From positions 192,001-256,000 of the forward strand of contig JBITAJ010000004.1 of assembly GCA_044440125.1 (NCBI GenBank): DNA of 64,000 nt. The letters run 5' to 3'. Positions 49,565 to 59,450 of this stretch are shown here, piece by piece. Every line of letters starts with the position of its first letter. The first letter of the stretch is position 1. The notes under the pieces are model-generated. The model had not been told where the DNA came from, did not search any database, and saw nothing but the letters and a program-made list of their open reading frames with translations. This DNA comes from Sedimentisphaeraceae bacterium JB056 (GTDB lineage Bacteria; Planctomycetota; Phycisphaerae; Sedimentisphaerales; Sedimentisphaeraceae). The position numbers and the translations under genes were made by a program.

Positions 49565-51844
49565 ATGGAGATGTTGATAATCCCGTTTTTGGTACTACTT
49601 GGAATATCGATCATTATTATAAGCCCAACGGCACTGATTATCTCAATAATAGCAATTAGAAGAATCAACAGGCTCACCGAAAACAAGAACAGATCAAATA
49701 TACATCGACCCGTTCCGCAACATATTCCACAACCACCGCAAAAGCCTGCACCGCCGGCCCCTCTTAAACCAGAAACGCCTGTAAAAGCGAATGTTAGAGA
49801 GAAATACAGTAAGCCGACTTCAAGCAAAGATTCAGTTGAACAACTCATCGGAACCCGCTGGGTTTTATTTGCGGGGATCATAACAGTCATAATCGGCGTC
49901 GGCCTTTTTATGAAGTACGCATATGACAATGCTCTTATAGGACCATTAGGCCGCGTTATAATAGCGGCGATATCAGGAATCGCGGCTCTTGCAATAGGTG
50001 AGATAACAAGAAGAAAGGCATATGGAGTTGTCGCAAAATCAGTTACAGCCCTTGGATTTGCAATACTTTACGCCTCTGTGTTCGCTGCCTATCAGTTCTA
50101 CGGGCTCATCGACATGTTCCCCGCATTCATATTGACGATACTGATAACACTTGCATCGATGCTTTATGCCGTAAGCCTTAATGAAAACATAATCGCGGTA
50201 TTGTCGCTTTTGGGAGGTTTTTCCGCACCGCTGCTCATTACTATAGAACGGAATATGCCTTTCCAGGTATTCACTTACATCTTGATACTTGGCTGCGGAG
50301 CCATGCTTTGCTCATATTACAGAAGATGGCGTCTTGTAAATCTGCTGGCATTCATATTAACGGTGGTCAACTATTTTCTCTGGCTCGACAAATTCATCCT
50401 CCCGGTAAACCCAAATACAGATGGAATCCCGAAACAATTACCAACAGCAATTATATGGGCAGTGATATTCTTCGCTGTCTATCTTGTACTGCCGCTTCTT
50501 AACGGATTCATAAGACGCATAAAAGCGGAAAAAGCGGACGTTTTGCTTGTAATAGCGAATTCCGCGGCAACTTTTCTGTTATTATCCCTGATGCTTTACG
50601 CAAAATACCGAACCGCTCTGGCCTTCAGCGCAATAGCCCTTTGCGTATCTCATCTGGTAATAATGAAGACCTCAATCGCAAAATGCAGGCAAGACATGAA
50701 CCTCCGATTATCGCTGCTGACGATAGGCCTGCTCTTCCTTACAATAGCAATACCGCTTTACTTCCAATTTTATGTATTGTCGATTGCATGGGCTGTTGAA
50801 GCCGTAGTTCTGATATTGGTCGGCCTCAAATATCGAAGCATCTGGACACAGGCAGGCGGCATAATAATATTGATATTGAGTGTATTTCAACTTTTTCTTC
50901 AGATTCCATTACATAGAGCGGTATTCACGCTGGTATTTAATCCCTCATTCGGTTCATGGATATTTGTTACATCGGCCGTAATGACGTGCCATGTTCTCTA
51001 CAGAAAAAGCAAGCTGGCGACAGACCGGATACGGAAGCCAGTATCCGAACCTCTCTATTGCGGTGCAATCAGTTTACTTATACTGACATGCGCAATGGAA
51101 TGGTTCTATTATTGCAAGTACAACATGATATCAATGAACATGCCTCTGTATCTTAAAGGAATGATAGTGATAATATCAGCTTCTTTGCTTACACTGTCAA
51201 TAAGGCCTATATGCCCTTCCGGAAATCAGTGCAGAGCTTTCTCTGCGTTCATAGCGATAGCAGGTTCAATATTTACTCTTATAGCATTCACAGAAATACA
51301 CAAAGACAGCTTCACAATATTCATAAACCCTGACTTTCCAACCGCTCTGATATTATTAGCCTCCATGGCGGCATCATCATTATCAATAAGAAAGCGATTA
51401 GCAGATCGCTCTTGCAATATAATTTTCTCGAATATCATTGCGATAACGGCGATAATATTTCTCTGGATGCTGCTAAACGAGGAAATCTATCTCTACTGGT
51501 ATTGCAAGAACAGATTCAGCGGGCCCGCGGAAAACTGGAGATTCCTTGCCAATATGTATATTTCGGTGATGTGGGCAATTTACGGCGGCATACTTATGAT
51601 TGGCGGTTTCTACTTCAAAAAAGCAGCAATCAGGTATATTGCGTTAGGACTATTCGCAATACTGCTATTTAAGGTATTCATATTCGATATGAGTACGGTT
51701 AAGAGCGTTTACAGAATCGCCGCATTTCTGGCAACTGGAATCATACTTGTAGGTGTCTCATATCTTTATCAACACCTTAAGAACAAAGGTTTCTTTGAAA
51801 AGATGGGCATAGATAAACAAATCACACACGAGGAGAACAAATGA
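49565..51844 (+). CDS. DUF2339 family membrane protein
   Basis: 'SVEQLIGTRW..GVGLFMKYA', many TM helices, 'KVFIFDMS..YRIAAF..G..L..VSYLYQ'. Confidence 0.82.
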   Translation: MEMLIIPFLVLLGISIIIISPTALIISIIAIRRINRLTENKNRSNIHRPVPQHIPQPPQKPAPPAPLKPETPVKANVREKYSKPTSSKDSVEQLIGTRWVLFAGIITVIIGVGLFMKYAYDNALIGPLGRVIIAAISGIAALAIGEITRRKAYGVVAKSVTALGFAILYASVFAAYQFYGLIDMFPAFILTILITLASMLYAVSLNENIIAVLSLLGGFSAPLLITIERNMPFQVFTYILILGCGAMLCSYYRRWRLVNLLAFILTVVNYFLWLDKFILPVNPNTDGIPKQLPTAIIWAVIFFAVYLVLPLLNGFIRRIKAEKADVLLVIANSAATFLLLSLMLYAKYRTALAFSAIALCVSHLVIMKTSIAKCRQDMNLRLSLLTIGLLFLTIAIPLYFQFYVLSIAWAVEAVVLILVGLKYRSIWTQAGGIIILILSVFQLFLQIPLHRAVFTLVFNPSFGSWIFVTSAVMTCHVLYRKSKLATDRIRKPVSEPLYCGAISLLILTCAMEWFYYCKYNMISMNMPLYLKGMIVIISASLLTLSIRPICPSGNQCRAFSAFIAIAGSIFTLIAFTEIHKDSFTIFINPDFPTALILLASMAASSLSIRKRLADRSCNIIFSNIIAITAIIFLWMLLNEEIYLYWYCKNRFSGPAENWRFLANMYISVMWAIYGGILMIGGFYFKKAAIRYIALGLFAILLFKVFIFDMSTVKSVYRIAAFLATGIILVGVSYLYQHLKNKGFFEKMGIDKQITHEENK

Positions 51845-53238
51845 CAGTTAGAGCTAAAAAGACCGTTTATACCCCCAAATTTAAGAAAGACCACAGCCCT
51901 TCTCTGAGACTTTGGTTTTACACACTCGCGGTGTTATTTCTCTGCTTCTCAAATTGTTTCGGTCAGACTCCCGAAAAATGGAAATACAGGTGCGGCATAA
52001 GCGTTGAAGACAGCAGTAAAAAGTTTGCACAATTCGATATAACACCGGAAATATACGACAAAAGCCAGAAGCACCTCAACGACCTGAGACTCATAAACTC
52101 TGACAATCAGCAAGTGCCGTACGCTCTGATAAGTCCATGGAAACATACTCAAAAGAATATTTATCAGCCCGATATAATCAACAGGGCGACAAACGACGAG
52201 AATTGCTCATTTGTTACACTTGATCTTGGCGAGCGCAAAATAAAGAACTATATTGAAGTCGATACTTTAGGAAGCAATTTCAGACGAGAAGTGAAAATTG
52301 AAGGCTCTAACAACAATACTGATTTTCTGACCATTGTGGAACAGGCATTCGTCTTCTCTGTAGAAAAGAAATACGTATCAGAATTCAGCGGCATAAATAT
52401 GCCTCCAAATGATTACAAATATCTTCGCGTGACCGTATTCCCTATGGAAGGCGATATTAAAAATCCAGAGATTAAGGAAATCAGGATATATAAATGCGAA
52501 AAAGATATTACCGATCCTCTGACGATTGAGCCCGAACTCAACCGAACCTTTGAAAATGAAAAAGAAAAAACCACCGTATACACATATGACCTTGGCCATA
52601 AGAACTTACCCATAGACACAATCACATTTAATGTAAAAGATGATTCCTTCTACAGATATGTTGAGATTGAGGCAAGGAATGATATTACACAAATAGTGGA
52701 ACTTGACGGCGAGGATAACAAGATCCTGTACAAGGAGATCGAGGCAAACTGGATAAGAACCGGCAGTGCGGCTATTTACAGATACGATTCCGAGACGGAC
52801 AAAACAGAAAATCTAAAAATTAAACTGTCGCCCGAATCAGCAAAATACAGGTATCTCCGCATAACTGTCAGAAACTATGACGACCTGCCTTTGATTATCA
52901 AGGGTGTATCAGTGCAGATAATACCGGAAAAAGTAATCTTCGAAACAAATACAGCTGTCAGTACCATGCTTTATACCGGAGCTGAAAAAATATCACGCCC
53001 GCATTACGATCTCGAAAAGCAGATAAGCAACTCTGGAAAACTTGATGCAGCAGTCGCAAAGCTGTCTGTACTCGAAGAAAATCCGGAGTTTGTTGCTGAG
53101 GCAGACATTGTGCCCTGGAGCGAAAACTTCAAGAATGTACCAATGATAATCATCATAATTTTGGTCGCAATTCTTGGATACATCATTGTCAAATCGTTTG
53201 AAAAGATAAAAAAAGAAGATACAGTAAATACAAAATAG
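51841..53238 (+). CDS. DUF3999-like exported protein with C-terminal TM anchor
   Basis: 'LNDLRLINS..VPY', 'P.YDL'; coupled to the DUF2339 gene. Confidence 0.65.
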   Translation: MTVRAKKTVYTPKFKKDHSPSLRLWFYTLAVLFLCFSNCFGQTPEKWKYRCGISVEDSSKKFAQFDITPEIYDKSQKHLNDLRLINSDNQQVPYALISPWKHTQKNIYQPDIINRATNDENCSFVTLDLGERKIKNYIEVDTLGSNFRREVKIEGSNNNTDFLTIVEQAFVFSVEKKYVSEFSGINMPPNDYKYLRVTVFPMEGDIKNPEIKEIRIYKCEKDITDPLTIEPELNRTFENEKEKTTVYTYDLGHKNLPIDTITFNVKDDSFYRYVEIEARNDITQIVELDGEDNKILYKEIEANWIRTGSAAIYRYDSETDKTENLKIKLSPESAKYRYLRITVRNYDDLPLIIKGVSVQIIPEKVIFETNTAVSTMLYTGAEKISRPHYDLEKQISNSGKLDAAVAKLSVLEENPEFVAEADIVPWSENFKNVPMIIIIILVAILGYIIVKSFEKIKKEDTVNTK

Positions 53239-53440
53239 TTCTTTTGCGTTCTAATCTGTTCTTTTTACACCCACTACAAACAAGAATATGTTTGTTTGGT
53301 TACAATTACAAATTTCTGCGAAGCAATTTGCTTAACAGATTTCTTGCTATAGTTGTTTTTTCGTTTATAATTATTATTTGATTTGCCGCAAGTACGTTTT
53401 GCGGCGGCTTTAATACGATCTTTTGTAAAAAGGTAGTTTT

Positions 53441-54547
53441 ATGCAAGTACCAATGCTTGATTTGCGCAGGCAGTTTCAACAGATAAAAGATGATGTAATG
53501 CCGGCTATCGAAGAGGTCTGTCAATCACAGGCTCTTTGTCTTGGCCCGGCTGTAGATAGATTTGAAACCGAAATAGCTAAATATTGTCAGTGCCGGCACG
53601 CCATAGGCGTTTCCAGCGGTACAGACGCACTTCTTGTAGCGTTGATGGCAGGTGGAGTGAGCGCAGGCGATGAGGTTATCGTGCCGTCATTCACTTTCGC
53701 GGCTACTACGGGAGTAGTGGCAAGAATCGGTGCAAAACCCGTCTTTATTGATATCGATAAAGACACATTCAATATGGATACCTCGCAGCTTCCATCGCTG
53801 ATTACAGACAGAACCAAGGCAATCATCCCCGTACATCTCTACGGCCAGATGGCTGATATGGAACCAATACTTGATATCGCTTCAAAGCACAATCTGCTGG
53901 TCATTGAAGATTCAGCGCAGAGCATAGGGGCAAAACAAAATGACAAGATGAGCGGCAGCCTTGGTGATTTCGGATGCTATTCATTCTATCCAACCAAAAA
54001 CCTCGGAGCATTCGGTGACGGCGGACTTATCACAACAAACTCCGACCAGCTCAACAAACACACCAGAATGGTTCGCAATCACGGCCAAAACTCAACCTAT
54101 CAGTATGAAATGATAGGCGGAAACTTCCGTCTTGACGGCATACAGGGTGCGGTTTTGAGTGTAAAACTGAAATATCTAAATAGCTGGGCAGAAAAACGCC
54201 GCGAAAATGCCGCCGCTTATGATGAAGCGTTCAAAGGCGTTGGCGACATCAAAACACCAGTGATAAAACCATACAATTACAGCGTTTACAATCAATACAC
54301 GATCCGGACTGAAAAAAGAGATCAGCTCAAGGAACATCTTGTTGGTAATGGCGTTGGATGCGGTGTTTACTATCCAGAGCCGCTTCACCTGCAGAAATGC
54401 TTTGAGTATCTCGGATACAGTAAAGGCGACCTGCCCGAAACGGACAAGGCCTGCCGTGAAGTTCTCTCTATACCGGTAAGCCCAGAGCTGACCGAAGAGC
54501 AACGCAATTACGTAATAGAAAAAGTCAAAGGATTCTACAACGGCTAA
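53441..54547 (+). CDS. DegT/DnrJ/EryC1/StrS PLP-dependent aminotransferase
   Basis: 'SSGTDAL', 'PVHLYGQ', 'IEDSAQ', 'SFYPTKNLGAFGDGG'. Confidence 0.95.
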   Translation: MQVPMLDLRRQFQQIKDDVMPAIEEVCQSQALCLGPAVDRFETEIAKYCQCRHAIGVSSGTDALLVALMAGGVSAGDEVIVPSFTFAATTGVVARIGAKPVFIDIDKDTFNMDTSQLPSLITDRTKAIIPVHLYGQMADMEPILDIASKHNLLVIEDSAQSIGAKQNDKMSGSLGDFGCYSFYPTKNLGAFGDGGLITTNSDQLNKHTRMVRNHGQNSTYQYEMIGGNFRLDGIQGAVLSVKLKYLNSWAEKRRENAAAYDEAFKGVGDIKTPVIKPYNYSVYNQYTIRTEKRDQLKEHLVGNGVGCGVYYPEPLHLQKCFEYLGYSKGDLPETDKACREVLSIPVSPELTEEQRNYVIEKVKGFYNG

Positions 54548-54571
54548 TCGCTAACTACAAATTGCTAAAAA

Positions 54572-55207
54572 ATGAACAAACTGCCTTTAACAATACGTGA
54601 CTGCGGCTTATGCGAATATGGGCCGATGCTTGAAGAGCAAAAGAGCATTCTGGAAGATGTGCATAAGGGAGCACAAAATACTGTGCTTCTGGTTGAGCAC
54701 GAGAGCGTTATCACGCTTGGAGCCAGGCAGTCGGAAAACAAATTCGTAAAAAGCGAGGAAGAGATAAAGGATTCGGGCATTGATCTGTTCGCTATCCGCC
54801 GCGGCGGCGGTACTACCGCCCATAACCCCGGCCAACTGGTGATCTACCCGATAGTAAACCTGCGGACAATGGATATCGGCATAAACGAATTTATCCGTGA
54901 ACTTGAACAAATCGGCATTGATGCACTCGCAGCAGTTGGCGTTGAAAGCGAACGCAAGAAGGGGCTTCCCGGTCTGTGGATAGGCGAAGAGAAGATTGCC
55001 TCAATCGGCGTAAAGGTAAGCATGGGGATAACTTATCACGGCATGGCAATAAACGTATGCAACGATCTGTCAATCTTCAATAATATAGTCCCCTGCGGCA
55101 TCGACAACGTAATAATGACAAGTGTAGAAAAACAGGGCAAAACCTGCTCAATAGAAGATTTTAAGAAAGTAATGACCAAGGTCATCACAGACCGCTGGGT
55201 CAAATAA
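54572..55207 (+). CDS. lipB: Octanoyltransferase
   Basis: 'EHESVITLG', 'RGGGTTAHNPGQLVIYP', 'KIASIG', 'IVPCGI'. Confidence 0.95.
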   Translation: MNKLPLTIRDCGLCEYGPMLEEQKSILEDVHKGAQNTVLLVEHESVITLGARQSENKFVKSEEEIKDSGIDLFAIRRGGGTTAHNPGQLVIYPIVNLRTMDIGINEFIRELEQIGIDALAAVGVESERKKGLPGLWIGEEKIASIGVKVSMGITYHGMAINVCNDLSIFNNIVPCGIDNVIMTSVEKQGKTCSIEDFKKVMTKVITDRWVK

Positions 55208-55288
55208 ACTTTAAGAGATACTATTTTACCTTGAATTTTGATGATGGGATCATAAAAATTCAAGGTAAAAACATTAAAATCGATACTT

Positions 55289-56164
55289 ATGGAACAAGAA
55301 AAGAAAAAAGGTAAGCTTCCGCCGTGGCTCCGGAGACGGATTGGTTGCGGCGACACTTTCGATCATACAAGCTCAGCACTCAGCGATCTTGGAGTCGAAA
55401 CAATCTGCAATCATGCCAACTGCCCGAACAAAGGCGAATGCTGGAGCAGAGGCACGGCAACGGTGCTTATTCTTGGCGGAACATGCACAAGAAACTGCAA
55501 ATTCTGCTCAGTAGCACCGGGCAAGCCATTGCCGCCTGACCCTACGGAACCTATGCGAGTAGCAAAGCTTGCGGCTGAGATGAAGCTCAAATATATCGTG
55601 ATTACCAGTGTAACACGCGATGACCTGCCTGATGGCGGAGCCGCTCACTTCCGCGATACCGTGCTGGAAACTAAAAAGGCTGTGCCCGGAATCGAAATAG
55701 AGCTTCTTGTTCCTGATTTCAAGGGTTGCCAGCAGCAGGCTATCGAAATACTCGCCGAGGCAATGCCTTTTGTATTCGGACATAACATTGAAACTGTGTC
55801 CGAAATGTTCCCAGTGGTAAGAAGCGGCGGCGACTATCAGCGTTCACTTGACCTGCTTAAGATGGTAAAAGAGCAGTATCCCGATATTCCAACCAAATCA
55901 TCAATGATGCTTGGGATTGGAGAAAACGACGCTCAGATACTGCAAACACTGAAAGACCTGCGGGCAAACGGCGTTGACAGGGTTGCCCTCGGACAATACC
56001 TTAAATCTGAAGCCGAAGCCGTAGAAGTAGCAGAATATGTAACACCGGAAAAATTCGAATTTTGGGATACAGTAGCCCGCGACATGGGCTTTAAGTGGGT
56101 AATGAGCTCGCCGTACACGCGCAGCTCCTACCACGCCGAGACCGAGACCGGAAAAGTGGAATAA
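55289..56164 (+). CDS. lipA: Lipoyl synthase
   Basis: 'CNHANCPNKGEC', 'CTRNCKFC', 'TSVTRDDLPDGG', 'RSSYHA'. Confidence 0.96.
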   Translation: MEQEKKKGKLPPWLRRRIGCGDTFDHTSSALSDLGVETICNHANCPNKGECWSRGTATVLILGGTCTRNCKFCSVAPGKPLPPDPTEPMRVAKLAAEMKLKYIVITSVTRDDLPDGGAAHFRDTVLETKKAVPGIEIELLVPDFKGCQQQAIEILAEAMPFVFGHNIETVSEMFPVVRSGGDYQRSLDLLKMVKEQYPDIPTKSSMMLGIGENDAQILQTLKDLRANGVDRVALGQYLKSEAEAVEVAEYVTPEKFEFWDTVARDMGFKWVMSSPYTRSSYHAETETGKVE

Positions 56165-56250
56165 GAATAATTAATAATGAATAATTGACAATTAAGAATT
56201 GCGGAATTCGCTCCGCTTATACTTCTTAATAGCTTACGCTTGCCATAACT

Positions 56251-57237
56251 ATGACGACGTATATAATCAGACGACTGCTTTTGATGATACCCACGATACT
56301 TGGGATAACGGTGATGGTGTTTACCATCAGCCGGCTTGCTCCGGGTGATCCTATAAGTATGATGATGGGGCCTGAAAACCAGCTCGATTCACGTCAGGCG
56401 GATATGCGTGAGGCTCAGATGGAACTTTACGGGCTGGATAAGCCTCTGCCTGTGCAGTATTTTATATGGCTGGGCAAGGTAGTGAGGCTTGATTTCGGCA
56501 CATCGTTCAAGCACCACCGCCCTGTTATGGAACTCATTAGAGAACGACTCCCTATTACGCTCGTTCTCAATCTCGCGGCTTTTGCACTGATATACATAAT
56601 TTCACTTCCGCTTGGTGTGTTATCCGCGGTTCGCCACAAGAAATTCACCGACACAGCGATTTCTGTAGTGCTTTTTATACTCTGGTCGCTGCCTGTGATG
56701 TGGGTAGGACAGATGATGATCGGCTATTTATGCAACCCTCAATATTTCAACTGGTTTCCACCGGCAGGCCTGAGCAGCAATGATGCTGAAACCATGCCGT
56801 TCTTCCAGTGGCTCGCCGACAGAGCACATCATCTTGTATTACCGGTAATGTGCATCACTTACGGCGGATTCGCAATGCTTACAAAAATCGTAAGAGCCGG
56901 AATGCTCGACAACCTCCGAATGGACTACGTGCGTACGGCACGTGCTAAGGGACTGCCGGAGAGACGGGTTATAATGGAACATGCTTTCCGCAACAGTGTA
57001 ATACCTGTGATAACAATAATGGCGACACTACTGCCGGCAATGATCGGCGGCTCTGTGATAATCGAGAAGGTGTTTACGATTCCCGGAATGGGACTCCTCG
57101 CTTTCGAGGCGATAAGCACAAGAGATTACAACATCGTAATGGCGGTGGCAACGATAGCGGGTGTATTGAATATGCTTGGTATGCTGCTGGCCGACATAGC
57201 ATACGCGATAGCCGACCCGAGAATAACGTTTGATTGA
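56251..57237 (+). CDS. Peptide/nickel ABC transporter permease (OppB/DppB-like)
   Basis: 'YIIRRLL', 'LAPGDP', 'DYVRTARAKGL', 'IADPRI'. Confidence 0.93.
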   Translation: MTTYIIRRLLLMIPTILGITVMVFTISRLAPGDPISMMMGPENQLDSRQADMREAQMELYGLDKPLPVQYFIWLGKVVRLDFGTSFKHHRPVMELIRERLPITLVLNLAAFALIYIISLPLGVLSAVRHKKFTDTAISVVLFILWSLPVMWVGQMMIGYLCNPQYFNWFPPAGLSSNDAETMPFFQWLADRAHHLVLPVMCITYGGFAMLTKIVRAGMLDNLRMDYVRTARAKGLPERRVIMEHAFRNSVIPVITIMATLLPAMIGGSVIIEKVFTIPGMGLLAFEAISTRDYNIVMAVATIAGVLNMLGMLLADIAYAIADPRITFD

Positions 57238-57243
57238 TGGAAT

Positions 57244-58461
57244 ATGCTGACAATGGAAAAGACGCAAACAAACACAACTCAAACGGATAATAACTGGGGC
57301 ACATCTTACGGGCAGATGGTTTCAAGGGAGTTTTTCAAAAGCATCCTGAACAAACTTTCGCTGGGATTTATCATTCTGCTTTTCACGATTGCGGTGCTGG
57401 CACCATTTATTGCCAACGACAAACCCTACTGCATCAAAATTGACGGCAGTTGGAAATTCCCGCTTTTGACGACATTAACCGCTAACGATATAACTGTTTT
57501 GCTGTTCGCGATAGCGGCGATAATACTCTTGGTATTCGCAAGACGCAACAGCCGCAAGATAGATCCATCGATGCGATCCGCTGTATTCGGCAGGCAATTA
57601 TCAATCACTCTTGCCGCGACTATAATCTTATCAATCACATCACAGTGGCTTGTGCCGCATAAAAATATAACTACCGACTACAAAGAACTCGCAGTAAGCG
57701 GGAAAGCTGAAGGTGCGGTTTTCGCACCCGTTCCATACAGCTACGCACGAACCAGCCTCAAAGACCGCTACCTGCCACCATCAAAAGAACACCTCTTCGG
57801 AACCGATGATGTCGGCTCAGACTTACTGGCAAGGGTAATCCACGGCAGCAGGATATCGCTTTCGGTTGGATTTGTGGCGGTTGGAATATCGCTCGTAATC
57901 GGAATATTTGTGGGTGCTATTCTGGGCTATTTCGGAGGCAAGATAGACTTTATAGGCATGCGAATCATCGAGATAGTGATGGCTGTACCAACATTCTTCC
58001 TTATCATAACGATTGTGGCGTTCTACGAAAGAAGCCTTTTCAATATCATGGTCATAATCGGCGTTACAAGCTGGACAGGTCACGCCCGCTTTGTGCGTGC
58101 GGAATTTCTCAAGCTTCGTCAACAGGATTTCGTACAGGCTGCCAAAGCTCTGGGACTTCCGCTGCGAAGCATACTGTTTCGTCATATGCTGCCAAACGGA
58201 GTTGCACCTGTGCTTGTAAGTGCGACATTCGGAATCGCTGCCGCTATCTTTACAGAAGCAGCACTCAGCTTTCTCGGCTTCGGCGTTGTGCCTCCGACAC
58301 CAAGCTGGGGGCAAATGCTAAGCCGAGGCGTAAGCGTTACAGGCGAATTTCTCTGGTGGCTCTCACTATTCCCCGGCATGGCAATATTCCTCACAGCAAT
58401 AGCCTACAACATGTTAGGTGAAGGCCTGAGAGATGCGATAGACCCGAAACTGAGGAAATAA
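57244..58461 (+). CDS. Peptide/nickel ABC transporter permease (OppC/DppC-like)
   Basis: 'HLFGTDDVGSD', 'DFVQAAKALG', 'EAALSFLGFG', 'GEGLRDAIDPK'. Confidence 0.93.
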   Translation: MLTMEKTQTNTTQTDNNWGTSYGQMVSREFFKSILNKLSLGFIILLFTIAVLAPFIANDKPYCIKIDGSWKFPLLTTLTANDITVLLFAIAAIILLVFARRNSRKIDPSMRSAVFGRQLSITLAATIILSITSQWLVPHKNITTDYKELAVSGKAEGAVFAPVPYSYARTSLKDRYLPPSKEHLFGTDDVGSDLLARVIHGSRISLSVGFVAVGISLVIGIFVGAILGYFGGKIDFIGMRIIEIVMAVPTFFLIITIVAFYERSLFNIMVIIGVTSWTGHARFVRAEFLKLRQQDFVQAAKALGLPLRSILFRHMLPNGVAPVLVSATFGIAAAIFTEAALSFLGFGVVPPTPSWGQMLSRGVSVTGEFLWWLSLFPGMAIFLTAIAYNMLGEGLRDAIDPKLRK

Positions 58462-58474
58462 CAGAAAGATATTT

Positions 58475-58507
58475 TGTAATTGAATTACACCTTAACAATG
58501 GTATAAT
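58475..58507 (+). promoter_or_regulatory. Sigma70 promoter of the phd-vapC operon with overlapping palindrome
   Basis: TTGAAT-16bp-TATAAT with an extended TGn -10; palindrome tgtaatt-g-aattaca overlaps the -35. Confidence 0.6.
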
Positions 58508-58535
58508 CAAGTTATGATATAGTGAGGGCATATTT

Positions 58536-58766
58536 ATGATAGTTAATCTTTCAGAAGCAAAAAACAATCTTTCAAAACTGATTGAACTGGTCTATAAAGG
58601 CGAAAAAGTTGTAATTGCAAAAAACAACCAGCCTTTAGCTGATTTAATTGCACACAAAAGCATTACAGAACGCAAGTTAGGCCTTTTAACCGGCAAACTG
58701 AAGGTGCCAGAAAATTTCACAGATGAAGATCTGCAAATAAATGAAATGTTCTACGGTAAAGATTAA
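58536..58766 (+). CDS. Phd/YefM family antitoxin
   Basis: 'VNLSEAKNNLSKLIE..GEKVVIAK..P.A.L'. Confidence 0.9.
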   Translation: MIVNLSEAKNNLSKLIELVYKGEKVVIAKNNQPLADLIAHKSITERKLGLLTGKLKVPENFTDEDLQINEMFYGKD

Positions 58767-59137
58767 TGAAAATTATTATTGATACCCATATATTTCTCTG
58801 GATATTAACTGACCCCAATCGACTTACCAAAAACCATATCAAACTCATAACTTCAACTTCTAATACAATTTATGTAAGTTCTGTTAGTATAGCTGAAATA
58901 GCTATTAAATCATCTATCGGAAAACTTGAGTTCAATTACAATCCGGTTGAATTAGCTATTAATAGCGGTTTTGAAATATTAGATTTTGGCGGAAACGATG
59001 CCCTTTTATTGAAAGATATGCCGTTTCACCATAAAGATCCTTTTGACAGAATGTTAATTGCTCAAGCAATTTCAAATAAATACAAAATCATGACTGATGA
59101 CCATAAATTCAAATACTATAGTTGTAAATTGATTTAA
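58766..59137 (+). CDS. vapC: PIN-domain (VapC) toxin
   Basis: 'IIIDTHIFLW', 'EIAIK', 'HKDPFDRMLIAQA', 'MTDD'. Confidence 0.92.
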   Translation: MKIIIDTHIFLWILTDPNRLTKNHIKLITSTSNTIYVSSVSIAEIAIKSSIGKLEFNYNPVELAINSGFEILDFGGNDALLLKDMPFHHKDPFDRMLIAQAISNKYKIMTDDHKFKYYSCKLI

Positions 59138-59262
59138 CAATTAGCATTCCTAATAAAATGGTAAGCCCATAACAATTAGGCTTGATCAGTGCATTTCCAC
59201 TTCGCAAGCTCCGATTGCCGGACGATAATAATTAAACTGTACATTAGGATGGTAGGCACGCG

Positions 59263-59403
59263 GCGACATTCGGAATTGCCGCCGCTATTTTTACAGAAGC
59301 AGCACTTAGCTTTCTCGGCATGGCAATATTCCTCACGGCAATAGCCTACAACATGGTAGGCGAAGGTCTGAGAGACGCCATAGACCCAAAACTGCGCAAA
59401 TAA
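59263..59403 (+). pseudogene. Displaced, internally deleted copy of the 3' end of the oppC-like gene
   Basis: Aligns to 58222-58278 + 58378-58461 with 13 substitutions and a 99-bp deletion; ends in TAA. Confidence 0.9.
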
Positions 59404-59404
59404 A

Positions 59405-59433
59405 AAAGCGGCGATAGTTCATACCGCCGCTTT
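59405..59433. terminator. Bidirectional terminator
   Basis: aaagcggcg-atagttcatac-cgccgcttt. Confidence 0.7.
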
Positions 59434-59450
59434 CAACTTTAATTCTTTAT

